A DNA stretch of 63,384 bases, the filler included, from Lenisia limosa (taxonomy: Eukaryota > Protista > Breviatea), in assembly GCA_001655205.1 (NCBI GenBank). It is 11 parts of 11 records of this genome, joined end to end, with 100 filler letters (N's around TTAATTAATTAA, not from the genome) between each part and the next. Parts side by side here need not be neighbours in the genome. Positions count along the whole stretch, not along the records: positions 11,621 to 15,846 come from LPNZ01006604.1; positions 15,947 to 18,032 come from LPNZ01008807.1; positions 18,133 to 32,085 come from LPNZ01002946.1; 8 more parts are not named here. One strand, written 5' to 3'. The notes beneath the pieces were generated by a model that made no database searches, was not told the origin of the DNA, and saw only the letters and a list, made by a program, of their open reading frames with translations. Shown here one piece after another: positions 11,621-24,047 of this stretch. Numbering within the stretch: the first letter of the stretch is position 1; every line of letters starts with the position of its first letter. The position numbers were made by a program, and so were the translations under genes.

Positions 11621-13583
11621 GGAGAATCCACAGGAAATCCGCGCGACGGTTGCGATAATGGCCTTCTTCTAGCCCTCGGGAGTATCGGATTCTGGAACGG
11701 TCAATATTCATATTTTCAGACCAGATACAACTTTCTATTTCTCATTGATCTACAATCTACATTTTTTTCTACTATGCCCTGGTCCTAATAATAACAACTT
11801 ACTATTTCTGCCTTTAATAGCCCCTTTCAGCATAACTAGGGCTCCTCCCATACAGTCCTGATAAATCCTTGATAAATATTACTATTTTCCAATTTGTTTG
11901 GGAAAGTGAAGCTCTCAAGAACATAGAAGCGCTCGTGAGCCCAGGCTTACAGGAAGAACATGTGGAAAATGAAGTTGATCCCTAGATCGCCAAAAAAGAG
12001 GAAGTTTGTCACTATCCTCCAGTACTAAAACCATGAATTCCGTATCATTAAGTACTAAGCACGATTTGGTATTTATTCAAGATTTTGAACGACAAATATT
12101 GAACAAAAAATATCATATTATAATACCACCGTATCACATAGAAGGAAGTTGGAATCTGTGTACCTTAACAAGAAGAAGAAAATGGTTAATTCTGGGGGTG
12201 TAGAATGTCATATCAGATAAAATATACTACCCTCTCCTACTAACCATCACCTCCCCCTACTACTCTCTTCATGATCCTAGTTTTAATACAGACTTTATTA
12301 CCAAAAATATATACATCCCCATTGATAAAAGCTGTAATTATACTACACTGACCGTGCTAAGTCATGAAATGTTATCTTGTGTCAATCGTACCAGGACCTA
12401 TCGCAACTGGTATATACCCGTCCCACCTCTCCGAAAGAAAACGCGAGCTGCGGGGTGTATAGCAAGTCGCTGAACTGTATAACTTCCATTGTGACCAACA
12501 GTGTCAGGCCAACCTAAGAGGGAATTAAATCTGTCCAAAATCGCCTTGTTGTCAGACCGGTTAAATATCGATATATATCGAGGATTAATCGAGAAATTCA
12601 GTCTTTTTAGGGAACGTAGGGAAGCCCTAATTGTAGTACTTGAAGATGGTTTCAGCATTTGAGGATACGGAATTTTTGGTTTTAGTACTGGAGGAGAGTG
12701 GAGTGACAAACTTCCTCTTTTGTGTGACGATCAACTGGAGAATTTTTATGAAGTTTTTCTTGAATTCTTGACGTGTAAATAAACAACTCTATTACTTTTT
12801 CTTAATATGCTCTATTATGGGATTAGATACGGCAAAAACAAAAAAGAGTTCAAGGAGAAAGCTGCAAAGAAAGGGGAAACTGGAACTACTTTTTGATCGT
12901 GATGGTGATGGCTTCAACCAGATATTCAGATTACCTTTTTTGCAATTGATTCAGAAATAAATTTCAAATTTTTAAGTGGAACATATTACAACAACATAAG
13001 CGCTTTATTTTCAAATTTGTAAACCAAAAATATGCATGAGGTAACATGTTCACTTGGGGGGTAAATATCGAGAAATGTCTTTTTCAGGCCAAAGTGAGCC
13101 TTAGTTAGTAAATTAGATTTTGGTGCATTATGGAGGTAAAACATTTTTCCTCCATAAATGCATGTAGCTTTGTGAATATTTGATATTGATTAGAGCGCTC
13201 TCCCCAGTCCACTCCTCTTTAGAATAAAAGATCCCCATACCGCAGATGAAAGGTACACCTTAGTCACAGGTGGCAACTGAGGGGGGGGGGGGTAAAATTG
13301 GNNNNNNNNNNNNNNNNNNNNNNNNNNNNNNNNNNNNNNNNNNNNNNNNNNNNNNNNNNNNNNNNNNNNNNNNNNNNNNNNNNNNNNNNNNNGCTTGGTG
13401 AAGAACCACATCACTGTTGCACAAACATTTTGAGAAACTGGAAAATGTACAAAAATAATAAAAAAAAGGTTCTCCATATATTCATTATATCTGTAGTAAA
13501 CTTGTATTATATCACTGTTGTACAGCCCTTTAAATAATGTCTACAAAAAGGCAAACCTGGGTAAACCATTCTGCGATATCCAT
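11621..13583 (-). CDS. DERL2: Derlin-2/3 (ERAD rhomboid pseudoprotease), 3' end truncated
   Basis: Exons 13557-13583 MDIAEWFTQ, 13241-13276 LPPVTKVYLSSA, 12427-12513 VGLTLLVTMEV..AFSFGE, 11951-12024 YWRIVTNFLFFGDLGINFIFHMFFL and 11621-11691 IRYSRGLEEGHYRNRRADFLWIL. All phases are compatible. Confidence 0.93.
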
Positions 13584-13825
13584 GATGTCACAATTCCCTC
13601 GGGGGTTTTCGAAAGTGGTACGACGGACAAGAGGGGGGGGGGTGGAGTATTGGGCTTGATGAACAAGGTTGATGTTATTAATTCCGGGTCCGTGAATGTT
13701 ACTTAGGCTGGTGATTGGAGTATATGTTGTTTCAGTTTGCAAAACCTATATAAATTCGATATTTTATTTCGACCATTTTCGAATATTTTAACATTTTCGA
13801 AAAAATCCCTTAAAAAGCTTCAAAA

Positions 13826-15846
13826 ATGATGAAGTTGCTTATTGTGTCCCTGTTGGTGGCTCTGGCCATCTCCCTCCCCACAGACCATGAAGAAATGGTA
13901 GGAATGTTGACAGCTTTTCCTCTTGGTTGCCCTGTTCGAGGCCTCTGACAGATAAAACCAACCTAAAAAAGAAGATAATGCTTGGAAATGGCGCGAATTT
14001 AGGGTTCATTGAACAGATGTTCTTTTCGATTCTCACTCTCTTAGTTCTTGAAGTTTGTCGAGAAGCATGGACGCGTTTATGGCTCCAACTACGAAATCCT
14101 TCGCCGTCGTGAGGTCGGAGGAATTTGCAATAAGACCATTGATTGGAGGAATTGTCAATCAAATCAATGTTTTGAGGATGTTTTTACAATAATTTACATG
14201 GTTAACTCCATTTGGCTTTGGGGCTTGAGAATAATGACATTGGGTGGTTATTTTAGGAGGCAAAAATATATCTTACAGGTTATTGTCATAAAGTAGCGTA
14301 ATTGGCATTGAGAGATATGATTGACATTTAGCTATTGGATTGGCATTCCATATGATTGATATTAACAGGTATTTTCTCAAAACGTGTACACCGCTGAGAA
14401 GCTTGGCATGCTCAACCCTGAGGTTTGCAATACCAGGATATGGGGACAGAAATCCTGTGGACCTTTGAGTGGAACTTTTTTATTATTTTTTGATCACAGG
14501 ACTTTTGAAGTGTTTTTGAGTGTTTTGAGTTTTTTTTTTTATTGTTTTTGAATCGATAGTTTTGACGATTTTAGGCCGAGTTCTCTGCAGTGGACTCACC
14601 CTTCGGAGACCTGACTGCCGAGGAATTCCAGACCCAAGTGCTTGGCCATGATATTGTGGGGTATTGGGGTAAGTGCGTATGATATTCGTAATTCCTCTCA
14701 CCCCAATTTTGGCCTTTTTTTGTTTCCTACATTTTCCAATTTTACCCCCCNNNNNNNNNNNNNNNNNNNNNNNNNNNNNNNNNNNNNNNNNNNNNNNNNN
14801 NNNNNNNNNNNNNNNNNNNNNNNNNNNNNNNNNNNNNNNNNNNNNNNNNNNNNNNNNNNNNNNNNNNNNNNNNNNNNNNNNNNNNNNNNNNNNNNNNNNN
14901 NNNNNNNNNNNNNNNNNNNNNNNNNNNNNNNNNNNNNNNNNNNNNNNTACCGTTCCTGCCTTGCCGAGGGTGTGACCATGCCTGCACAGCCAGAGACTTT
15001 CCCCACTAACTTCGACTGGCGCCAACACGTGGGGGGTTCTTTACCATTTTTCCTTGGGAAATCATTGATCAAATCGAAAAAACGTAGCCCGTCACTCTAT
15101 AGTATTGTGTTTTATTTACGACAACCCTACTCCCCACCCCCCTCCCTACACTTACTTAGTGACATGGCAACACAATTTATGTGAAATGTACAACACAGTA
15201 TATACGGCCGTGACCTACCCTACTTACTCAATAAAAGCTTCTTATATTAGAAGCACTGACTCTCTGACGATTACCCTCACTATTGTAGGAGGGCATTATC
15301 AACCCCATCAAGAACCAAGGAAGCTGTGGCAGGTGAGTGGAGTTTTTCATTCTCGGGCGCTTTTTTCAAAATTCGAAATTTCCTTTATTAGTTAATTTTG
15401 GGTCTTTTTTTTGTTTCTTAATACTTTTCCATTTTACCGCTCTTTTTCCTTCGTTTTACCTTCACTCAAAAGTCCTTCGTTTACCCCCCCCCCCCTTNNN
15501 NNNNNNNNNNNNNNNNNNNNNNNNNNNNNNNNNNNNNNNNNNNNNNNNNNNNNNNNNNNNNNNNNNNNNNNNNNNNNNNNNNNNNNNNNNNNNNNNNNNN
15601 NNNNNNNNNNNNNNNNNNNNNNNNNCAACATCCACACCGACAAGTCTTTCGACCTTTCCCGTCAGCAGATCGTTGGTATGGGGGGGGGTGGTTTGTATGA
15701 TAATTAATCTCATCTAAGAATCTTTTTTAAAAATGTGCTGTTAATCTCATCTAAGATGTATTTTTACATCAAACATGCATTTTTAATCGCCTTCACCCCA
15801 CAGACTGCAGCAAGGGAGGCTCTAACGTCTTCTACCACGGCAAGAA
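13826..15846 (+). CDS. Papain-family (C1A) cathepsin-L-like cysteine protease, partial
   Basis: Signal peptide MMKLLIVSLLVALAIS; I29 prodomain FLKFVEKHGRVY..SPFGDLTAEEF; mature domain FPTNFDWRQH|EGIINPIKNQGSCG|..DLSRQQIV|DCS. The catalytic-Cys exon probably lies in the gap at about 15498-15625. Confidence 0.93.
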
Positions 15847-16266
15847 NNNNNNNNNNNNNNNNNNNNNNNNNNNNNNNNNNNNNNNNNNNNTTAATTAATT
15901 AANNNNNNNNNNNNNNNNNNNNNNNNNNNNNNNNNNNNNNNNNNNNTACCCCTTCTCAAATACCTCCTAAATGGCAATTGGTGTTGACCATGTTTTTCAA
16001 AGCCACTAAACCGTAAATAAAGGAGTTTTGTAACAGCTGTATATGCTAGGAAGGAATTTCATAAACTGTAGAAGCTCTCATATTCATCCAGACTTGATTT
16101 TCCTTCGTTTTCAAATTGCCGGCAAAGGAAAACCCGATTAGCCTAAAACAACTGCCAAAAACCCAACACGTATAAAAAAATATTTGCTTCCCTAGATTTC
16201 TAATGTAGTATATTATTTCTCTTGCTCAAAAAAATAAAAAGAAAAGACAATAAAAGAAAACCCACG

Positions 16267-17965
16267 GGCAGTTGTAATGTCATCAATTGCGTCAAGAAGG
16301 AGCGTTGTGAGAAAGTTGAACTCTATAAAGTGCGAAAACTCTCTAAAAAAAGGTGAGAGCAAGTGTTTGGTGATTAATATGCATAACGTAGAAATGAGAA
16401 ATAAAACACAAGGTGTTAACTAGCCTAGGGCCACATTATCAATCTTATACGAGATATTAATTCACTGAATCGTTTGCCAGAAGAATCTGAGCACACAACT
16501 TTCTGTTTCAAGAACACACCAAAAGACCATGTTTTGGAAAAGAATATAAATCCAGTATGTGTAAACATCACACCGTATAGCAATGAAAATGAAAAAAACA
16601 AGGTTGTATCTGACCGAAGCCGTCCACACCATNNNNNNNNNNNNNNNNNNNNNNNNNNNNNNNNNNNNNNNNNNNNNNNNNNNNNNNNNNNNNNNNNNNN
16701 NNNNNNNNNNNNNNNNNNNNNNNNNNNNNNNNNNNNNNNNNNNNNNNNNNNNNNNNNNNNNNNNNNNNNNNNNNNNNNNNNNNNNNNNNNNNNNNNNNNN
16801 NNGAATGTATAAAGCTCAAAGCTCTTCCAGAAATAAAATGTTAAGAGGCAGAAGGGTTTTGACCAACAATGGCACCAAATTAAATCGAACTGACCTTGTG
16901 AAGTACTTGAGGCAGCGCATGAACTGCGGAAGGAAGTTCAGGATCTGGTAAAGGCTTGTATCAAGTTGGCCCTCCCGATCCGCCCGGGCAGTCTGAGCAG
17001 TAATTTGTTTATGGTAACCCTACAATATATTTACTTGCTTCCTAGATTATAGTAATTATTCATGCTCTCAAACAATAAAAAAAATCAGCAAGTTAACTGC
17101 AAATTTTAATACGGAAATGTCCCTTTCCTCACCTCAATAGCTGTCAGCCATTCTGAGACTGTGTTCTGGCTTGGTGGAGAGTCTTGAAAGGTGAACGGAG
17201 AGAGAAAAGGCTATGGCTTCAAACATCAATATAGCGATATTTATCAAGGAATCACGTCTTTTTGGAAACGTAGGGAAGCCCAAATGATAACTCATTTGTA
17301 GCACCGTAAAAATGTACAGTGACTGGATAAGCCTTGAACGATTTGCTGTATGATTTTCACAAACCTGAAAGCACCACACTTAGAATGTCCTCACAAATCG
17401 CCTTCAAAAGCGGGTTGTTCTAAAGTGTGAGGTGGAAAACACAAAAACGGATATAACTGTTGAATTGCCAAGAAGTTGGCGGGATAATATTGGCAATAAT
17501 AAGACATCAAGAGAAACTAAGAGAGAAAACAATAGTCACACGTGTGAAAATGATCCAAAAAGTGATATGATTCATACCATTCATAACATTCATTTTGTGG
17601 GGAAACACTTATAACACCATAAATATCAAGTATAATACAGAGGAAATATCGAGGCACTTGCAGCAACATGGAATAATTCGATAATAATGAAAAAAAGTTC
17701 ATGATATGAAAACGGCCACGANNNNNNNNNNNNNNNNNNNNNNNNNNNNNNNNNNNNNNNNNNNNNNNNNNNNNNNNNNNNNNNNNNNNNNNNNNNNNNN
17801 NNNNNNNNNNNNNNNNNNNNNNNNNNNNNNNNNNNNNNNNNNNNNNNNNNNNNNNNNNNNNNNNNNNNNNNNNNNNGAAAATGATATTATCGGTCTTTTT
17901 CGAAACATGGGGAAGCCCAAATAACTACAGAACAAGAAACCAATCAAAAGACGGTGAGTATTTAT
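16267..17965 (+). CDS. Fragmentary multi-exon gene, unidentified
   Basis: AG/GT-bounded open segments at about 16267-16351, 16803-16948, 17139-17190 (LSAILRLCSGLVESLE) and about 17929-17952. No recognisable domain. Confidence 0.3.
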
Positions 17966-18273
17966 GCGAGCTATCGGAACATGGTACTTTGTTTATGGTA
18001 TCCCTATGTATTTTCCCCCTAGGGTTCCAATGNNNNNNNNNNNNNNNNNNNNNNNNNNNNNNNNNNNNNNNNNNNNTTAATTAATTAANNNNNNNNNNNN
18101 NNNNNNNNNNNNNNNNNNNNNNNNNNNNNNNNAACACTATTGGAAAATGAACAAAAGCAAAACCTTGAAATAACACTAGAGATATTAAGTGGGAATATGG
18201 TAGAGAACAAAAATAAAACGTGGGGGTGAGGTGGGGGTGAGGTCAGGTATTACGTTCAGTCAGAAAAACTGAC

Positions 18274-20636
18274 CATAAGAGAGAGGTAGCCCAGCTTCGG
18301 GAGGCTTGAAAAGCAGCTGACAATGGACTCAAGAGACGTCGACTCTTCCGATGAATCAGCGAAGACCAAGTCCTTCTCATCATCTGAAGATTGAGGCCAT
18401 GTTTATAAATTAACGCTGCCATTAAGAAATGGCCGAAGTCTTCTACACCATCACGAAGGTATTATAATCATATTATATACTATTTCACAATATCGTTATT
18501 TATGAACTCTATTATAATTATACTGTTTCAATAAACGTAATTCTTGTGCTAATTTTCTAGGATGCATCGAGAATTAATTGGCTTTTTTGGGAAGGGAACC
18601 TCTTAATACAAAACAACAATTATCAATAGCAATTCAGTTTATGGCACCATTTATGTAATGTATTTTTCCCGAGATTTTATTTCTTTTTCATATAGTATAC
18701 TATATAAAAAACCCTTCTCAGACCAGTTGCCTACTGTTTGGGTTTTGTTTTGATGAGGAAACTGGTAGGCAAAAGTCGTTATATGACAAGTCAATTGAGG
18801 ATAAATGCGGGCAGTGAGCGGAGAAATGGGGAACTGAGGAGAGGTGGTTGTAGGCAATTCCAAAGTGGAAGAGGAAAGGCATGGAACTGAGGTTGACTTC
18901 ATGAATCCTGGGAGGTTAATCGTCCAAAAACAGCGGTTGAAATGAAATGTTCAAAACGAGATTGAACTCTTGATAACTATTGATTAGCTTCAACATCCTC
19001 AAACTCATTGAAGTTTGCAGAGCAGGACACTAGGCTCTTTGGCAAGTTGTCGAGGGTGTAAATTTTGTTACCCCTCAAGCCAAGTTCCTTCAAATTCGGC
19101 AGACGGGGGGAGAAGTCCTGTAATAGTAAGCAATTACAGGGGATGAATAAAATCAACGAGATCAAATGCTACAGCCCCCCCCCCACGTCTCCGATCTCGT
19201 GTACCCGTTGACACACTAGTCGAAGAGAATTCAACGACGCTGTCAGCTTCTGGGGGCTCGGGCCTCCTTTATCGTTCGCCAACCTTTATGATAATTAGGC
19301 TTCTCCACCAAGGAGACATAATATGTCGAAAAATTCCTCAATAAATATCGATATTTAACTGTCTTTGTTGGACCGTAGGGCACTGTTGATGGTCACCTGT
19401 ATTATTTTCTATCGATTGATTCCACCATATCCATAACACTCAACTAGGATTTCACTTCGGTCCGAAAAAAGACTGAATTCTTCGATAAAGCATCGAAAAC
19501 GATCGATATTTTATCGGTCTTTTCCCAACCAAAGTGAAGCCCCACCCCCAACCCACATCAGAAGCTCTTCAAGATCGTCTGTCCATGTAGTTTGAGAGGT
19601 GTTGCCTGAAAAGTGAGAAGGTCTATTGGAATTGCACAAATCCGTAAAAAAAAAACATTTCTTGAGTTTCAAAATTGTCCGCAAAATATTTCTTCCTAAA
19701 AAGTATGACTTAACCACTGCAACCCTCTCTCAGTGTTTTGCTTTATAAACATTAATCCCCCACACACACAAAATTGTTTCACAATCCACCCGCCACCTCG
19801 GGAAGCTTCGGATGAATATAGGCCATTAGCCCGGGCCGAGCTGACCCAGACTTCACCGTCGTCACCACTTTCCAGCCACACGCCAACATTGGTCCAGATA
19901 AGACTGCACACCGCGTCCCATGCGCTGTTGCTGGCCTTCTCTGTCCGGGCCTAAGGGATGATCAAAGATCGAATACCAACAGAGGATCCATTTTTGGATA
20001 TCTGGGTCTTGAGAAAAAAAGTTTGCATATGCAACTCTATTTTGGGGACTTCGTTTCGACTCTCAAAATAGAAGAGAGAAAGAGATTTTTTTAACAAGGA
20101 CTTCACTCCAGTCGAAAATAAATCCGGTTAAATATCTATAATTTTGAAGTGAAGCCCTAGGCACCCCACACAAACCGTCGCGAATTGAGTTGCCGTGGCA
20201 GTTAGTGGGACTGAAACTCCAACCTAAAGAGGTTACTGGGTATCACTGCAGGTGTATTACGGGGTATCACTACAGGGTGTATTACGGGGTATCACTGCAG
20301 GGTGTATTACGGGGTATCACTGCAGGGCACAGCTTCAGGAAGTCCCATATAGTTGATATTTACAAATCCAAGATGGGGGGTCGTTGCTAGTTTTAACAAT
20401 ATCACACAAGTGAATATTATTTCATGGTTAGACACATGATAGTTCATACATGTATAAATGACCCAAATAGTGACATGATAGTTCACACGCGGTAAGTGGC
20501 CCGAACAGTAATGAAAGCAAGAAATGTTAAGCAAAAACAGAAGCAAACGATTAGAAATGGAATTTATGAAAACAAACAACTGGTATTCTATTGATCCACA
20601 AACGTCATCTTCTGAAGAACTGTCACTATCACTCAT
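18274..20636 (-). CDS. Leucine-rich repeat protein, 3' end truncated
   Basis: LRR consensus in LPNLKELGLRGNKIYTLDNLPKSL, FGIAYNHLSSVP, CPHLSSIDLSYNDF and FSSLPKLGYLSL. Putative first exon MSDSDSSSEDD (ATG at 20636). Confidence 0.7.
20233..20327 (+). repeat. 25-bp minisatellite, about 4 copies
   Basis: Unit ggggtatcactgcagggtgtattac, head-to-tail with no spacers. Confidence 0.9.
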
Positions 20637-20992
20637 GGTGGTTTGGGCTTATAACATGAGGCGATGAGGCTAGAAGGGCGCTTGAAGAATCGCGGTGGAT
20701 CTCAGGCGTGACGCTTCTCTTGGGTGAGCTGCCTATGAATACAATAATATGCTCTTAAACGTGATTATGTGGTTTGATGTATGATGGAAGAGGGGCATTT
20801 TCTAAGTTTATTAATCATTTATGGGAAACAATCAAAACTAATCACTTTTAAGATGTATCGCCCCTCCCTATCGCCCCTATCTTGCCTCTTAAGCCTTCAT
20901 AATTCTTTTATTTTTGCCAGTGAACTGAATTTCTCTGAGAACTGTTCCTTTTTTGCCCACCCCTTCCTTCCTTCTTCCAATCTTATCACACT

Positions 20993-23852
20993 ATGTCAGC
21001 GATCTTCACCCCCGTTAACCAAATTAAGCTCACTAATGTGGCTGTTGTTCGTCACAAAAGGAAAGGAAAGAGGTTTGAGATTGCGTGCTACCCGAACAAG
21101 GTGTCTGCGTGGAGAGAAGGAATGTAGGCCTTTTGCATGTCTTATCTCTCTAACTACCCTAGTGAAAAAGATATTGATGAGGTTCTACAGATTGAAACCA
21201 TCTTCCTGAACGTCAGTAAAGGTTTGTTCTCTATTTTGTATAATTTGATTCTGTTATTAATATCACACCACTTTTTATTTTGTTTCTTTTGTGTTAACTA
21301 TCATTGGCCACGAAGTGATATGATACTGCATACATGTACCATATGGTTATAGTATATCATTAGGGCTTCCCTACGGTCCAAAAAAAGACCGTCAAAATAT
21401 CGATATTTATCGAAAATTTATCGGGGAAATTCAGTCTTTTTTTGGACCGTAGGGAAGCCCTATATACAGTGGCCGGGATAAGGCTTAACCGATTTTCCTT
21501 GAAAAATAACACAGCAAATCGGTCAAGACTTATCCCTGTCACTGATACACTACATCTACTGTCTGATAATTGAAAGAAAAGTCATAATGAANNNNNNNNN
21601 NNNNNNNNNNNNNNNNNNNNNNNNNNNNNNNNNNNNNNNNNNNNNNNNNNNNNNNNNNNNNNNNNNNNNNNNNNNNNNNNNNNNNNNNNNNNNNNNNNNN
21701 NNNNNNNNNNAAAGTGAGACTGAAAATTAGATAAGCTTACTAATACTCCACAATACTCAATATCAATATAGAATGTGATAGTATGGACGTCTTCGGGCTT
21801 CACGATATAGAACGATATTGAAATCTATCGAGTTTTATCGAGACATTTCTGTGGACGGCGTTGGCCAGTATCATACAAAGCTACTCACTCTTTTGGAGTC
21901 CTACAAAGTTACTCATTCTTTAGGAGTCAGCGCGAATGAAGAAGTACTGCAAGAAGCCTATGGAACCACTGACGTCAGCAAAATATGCAAATTGGTGGGT
22001 GGGAATGTAGTAGTTCACTTTAGTTCAACAGTTTTTTGGTAAGAAATAGGATTAAAAATACAAGGAAACAAATGAATACATCTAGGGACCATATAACAAA
22101 TTATTACCATACTTCCGACTATTAATATTTTACCCATCTTTTTGTAACCAAGATACTCTTGTTTGCTGTTTAGAAAAGTCTATTTTCCTTCCAACTCTGA
22201 ATTCTCTTTTTGGATTTTTAGATAAATATTCTTGATATATGATGATCTTGATTCTGATCGATGCAACTCTTTTATTTCTTATTTTTAAAGATAGTTGGAT
22301 TTTCCAGGGACATATCGATATGTGTTTAATCGATGTTTATCAAGGATTTTTCATCATTTCACTCTTTCTTTAATCTAAGGGAGTCCGTCGATCTAATATG
22401 TAACAGATTTTGCAAAAGGGAGAGCTTCAAGTGTCAAGTAAAGAAAGGGCTGCGCAGACCCATGCCTTGATAAAGTTGGTAACGTCCAAAGTTACTATAT
22501 TGATCTTACTTGTTGGGGAAAAAAATAAAGGTAGCTATAGAAATGAGAAATGGAAGAGGAAGTAGCCTGAAGAGAATTGGTTCAGCTCATCGAATACTAG
22601 CTTACCATTTGATGCTTCTTTTATCCACCAGGGATATCGCGACAGTTATCTCCGAGAAGTGCATTGACTCTGAAACAAAAAGGTATTCTATTTCTGTTAC
22701 TCTGTTCTTTTGCCACTCTATTATTATCTTGGATTTGCACTGTAGTTTTTGAATATCGTCAAATATGTTTTTAGTAAAATGAGAGTAGTGGGTAATCATA
22801 TCATATACTATTTGAATATTTCATCAATAATTAATACGAACATTGTTTGACTGTTTTAGACCTATTACGGTGACTGCTGTTGAACAGGCTATGAAAGACA
22901 TCCACTTTGGTGTGAACCTTTCAAAATCTGCAAAACAACAGGTTTGTTTGTTTACCTCATCCCTATACTTTCGTTCTCAATTATCCCTCTATTTGACATG
23001 AATAAATGGTTCCTGCTCAAAGAGAAAGTGATCAGTTCACCCTTTACAACTCCTTTGGTACCACGTACATATGTAATATGTACATAATATGTGTGTACAA
23101 CATCCTCCTTTAATACCCCAGGCAGTTGCTGCCATTCCGAAGCTTCAAGAGGTTCTTCCGATTGAAAGAGCCGAAATGAGAATTCGAGCCATTTGTGGAA
23201 AGAAAAGTGGGAGTGGTTTTCTCCATGGGGCTGCAGATAAATCAAGGTTGCAATATATTTTTTTGTATCATATTTTCCTCTTGTTTGATCACCTTTGTGG
23301 TTTTCTTTTTTTTATGATTTCGATCTTTTCTCATATTACAGTGCTGACAGTGTGTGTACTGAGTTCAATACAGGAGCTTTAGATTGTACCAAGTTTCTTT
23401 TTTATTAAATATCCAATCATATGATAGTATATCGATAATTTCACTCCACAGCCGACGCCAAGAAAGCCAGGGCTGTCCTGGAACCTCTTTTCTCTGCAAT
23501 CGAAGACGTTTCATACAGGTTTGGGTGAGGTAGTGTTTGGACTCCGTGTAGCGAATTCTTTTGGGATATTGAAATTATTGCCACAAAAATTCAGAATTTT
23601 TCGACTAATTATATATCATGCATATCATGTTACTATAATGGTGTTATAACGCGTCCTTTCTCTCCCTTTCCAGGCCCGAAGTGATATTCGTTGGAAGAGT
23701 GGAACCTGGGGCTTTCCGGAAGGTTGAAGATGCTGTCAAAGGCTTGTCAAAAGGTAAATGAAAGGGCTTTTGGTGAATTCCCCGTTGCTTGAAACATAAT
23801 CTTTTTAGAGCAAACTACTGTGGAGATTGTAGATGCTATGGTAACTAATTAG
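20993..23852 (+). CDS. SBDS: Ribosome maturation protein SBDS/Sdo1, complete, 10 exons
   Basis: [37 protein letters not shown]..|[20 protein letters not shown]|..[14 protein letters not shown]..|[17 protein letters not shown]|[22 protein letters not shown]|..[11 protein letters not shown]..; TAG at 23850-23852. Confidence 0.97.
21361..21462. mobile_element. Family A MITE, TAGGGCTTCCCTACGGTCC subfamily, SBDS intron 2
   Basis: TIR tagggcttccctacggtccaaaaaaagac / gtctttttttggaccgtagggaagcccta. Confidence 0.9.
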
Positions 23853-24047
23853 AGATTTTTCATTCTATGGTAGGGAACATTGGTTGTATTTAAATATGAT
23901 GTCAAGTTGGCTGTGCACCCAGATTCAATTTTTGTATCCTATCTCAATACCATCAACAATCTTGAATCTCATTTCTTTGTCATTGATTAATCCGCCAACT
24001 ACCAAAAGAACCGATTTCAAAAAAACGGACAAATAATATGATATCTA

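Noticed and set aside
11992-12721. 55-bp inverted repeat as the TIRs of a 730-bp transposon
   Set aside because: One arm is Derlin coding sequence plus its acceptor, and the interior contains a Derlin exon. It is reported as an inverted duplication instead.
20233-20327. 25-bp repeats as a CRISPR array
   Set aside because: The units are head-to-tail with no unique spacers, the context is a eukaryotic intron, and there are no cas genes.
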